This document shows, piece after piece, positions 63,431 to 64,000 of a stretch of DNA of 64,000 bases. The stretch's first letter is position 1; the number at the start of each line of letters is the position of its first letter. The DNA lies in the NCBI GenBank assembly GCA_963843575.1, contig CAWJKZ010000014.1:32001-96000 (forward strand), in the 5' to 3' direction. Under the pieces are notes generated by a model that had not been told where the DNA came from, made no database searches, and saw only the letters and a program-made list of their open reading frames with translations. Origin of the DNA: an uncultured Acidobacteriota bacterium (GTDB taxonomy: Bacteria > Acidobacteriota > UBA6911). The position numbers were made by a program, and so were the translations under genes.

Positions 63431-64000
63431 TTACCGGATGAGGGCGTAGCAGACAACGGCGGCGACGAGGGCGATCAGGGCCGCAAGCCAGGCGAGCGAC
63501 GCCGCGGCCAGTCTGGCGCGTCGGCGGCCGGGTGCTGGGGGAGTGCACGTGTCGCGCACGAGGCGCAGCTCGCGCGCCATGTCTGAGACACTCCGGTAGC
63601 GGTCGCCCGGTTTTTTGGCGAGGGCCCGCTCGACGATGGCGTCAACCTCCACCGGCACCATGGCGCTGCGGGAACTCGGTGCGGGCGGGTCACCCTCGAG
63701 GATGGCGCTCATCCTGGACAGCGAATTGCGGGCTTCAAATGGATGCCGCCCGGTGAGCATCTCGTAAAGGATCGCACCCAGCGAGAAGATGTCGCTGCGG
63801 TAGTCGATCTTTGCCCCGCGAATCTGTTCCGGGGACATGTAGGCCAGGGCCCCCATCGGGATAATCGTGTCGGCAAAATCCACCCGTCGCTGACGCAAGC
63901 CCCTTTTCGTCCCCTTCTCGATCTCGGTAAACCGGCCGATGCAGCAGTCCGACAGAAGGACTCCTTCGTCCTGGAGCCAGACGTTTGAAGGCTTGAGACC
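63431..64000 (-). CDS. Ser/Thr kinase-like protein, 5'-partial, probable pseudokinase, with C-terminal TM helix
   Basis: GLKPSNV, DCC in place of DFG, YMSPEQ, SDIFSLG. Confidence 0.8.
   Translation of the reverse strand, partial: GLKPSNVWLQDEGVLLSDCCIGRFTEIEKGTKRGLRQRRVDFADTIIPMGALAYMSPEQIRGAKIDYRSDIFSLGAILYEMLTGRHPFEARNSLSRMSAILEGDPPAPSSRSAMVPVEVDAIVERALAKKPGDRYRSVSDMARELRLVRDTCTPPAPGRRRARLAAASLAWLAALIALVAAVVCYALIR

Overview
High-GC bacterial chromosomal window. The gene content (ASPIC/UnbV protein, DUF4097/ECF/anti-sigma module, ccsA-hemA-hemC-hemD, E2-E1-fused kgd, bshA) suggests Acidobacteriota; this is inference. Many genes between 11.6 and 28.3 kb, and one at 60.1 kb, carry single-base frameshifts that look like assembly errors. 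Housekeeping genes: ettA, pgi/pmi, dapF, the hem operon, aroF, an RlmI-like methyltransferase, a CCA-type nucleotidyltransferase, lepB, bshA and kgd. Three tRNAs (Val-TAC, Lys-TTT, Glu-TTC) lie in an accessory region with an integrase remnant, an IS701 remnant and a truncated ECF sigma gene. The best candidate for an undescribed system is a co-oriented cluster of about 11.4 kb (24803-36221). It encodes an ASPIC/UnbV protein, a hydrazine-synthase-alpha-like di-heme protein, a propeller/CCP-like (hydrazine synthase beta+gamma-like)/tetraheme fusion, a stand-alone Reg_prop propeller, two orphan LivJ-like binding proteins, a 33-aa sORF, a chorismatase-like Rid protein and a DAHP synthase with no regulatory domain. 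It sits head-to-head with the heme/cytochrome c maturation operon. Also seen: a two-copy MITE with a nested 180-nt hairpin, a structured leader before dapF, a pseudo-protease and a pseudokinase. All family assignments come from motif recognition by eye; no database searches were run.
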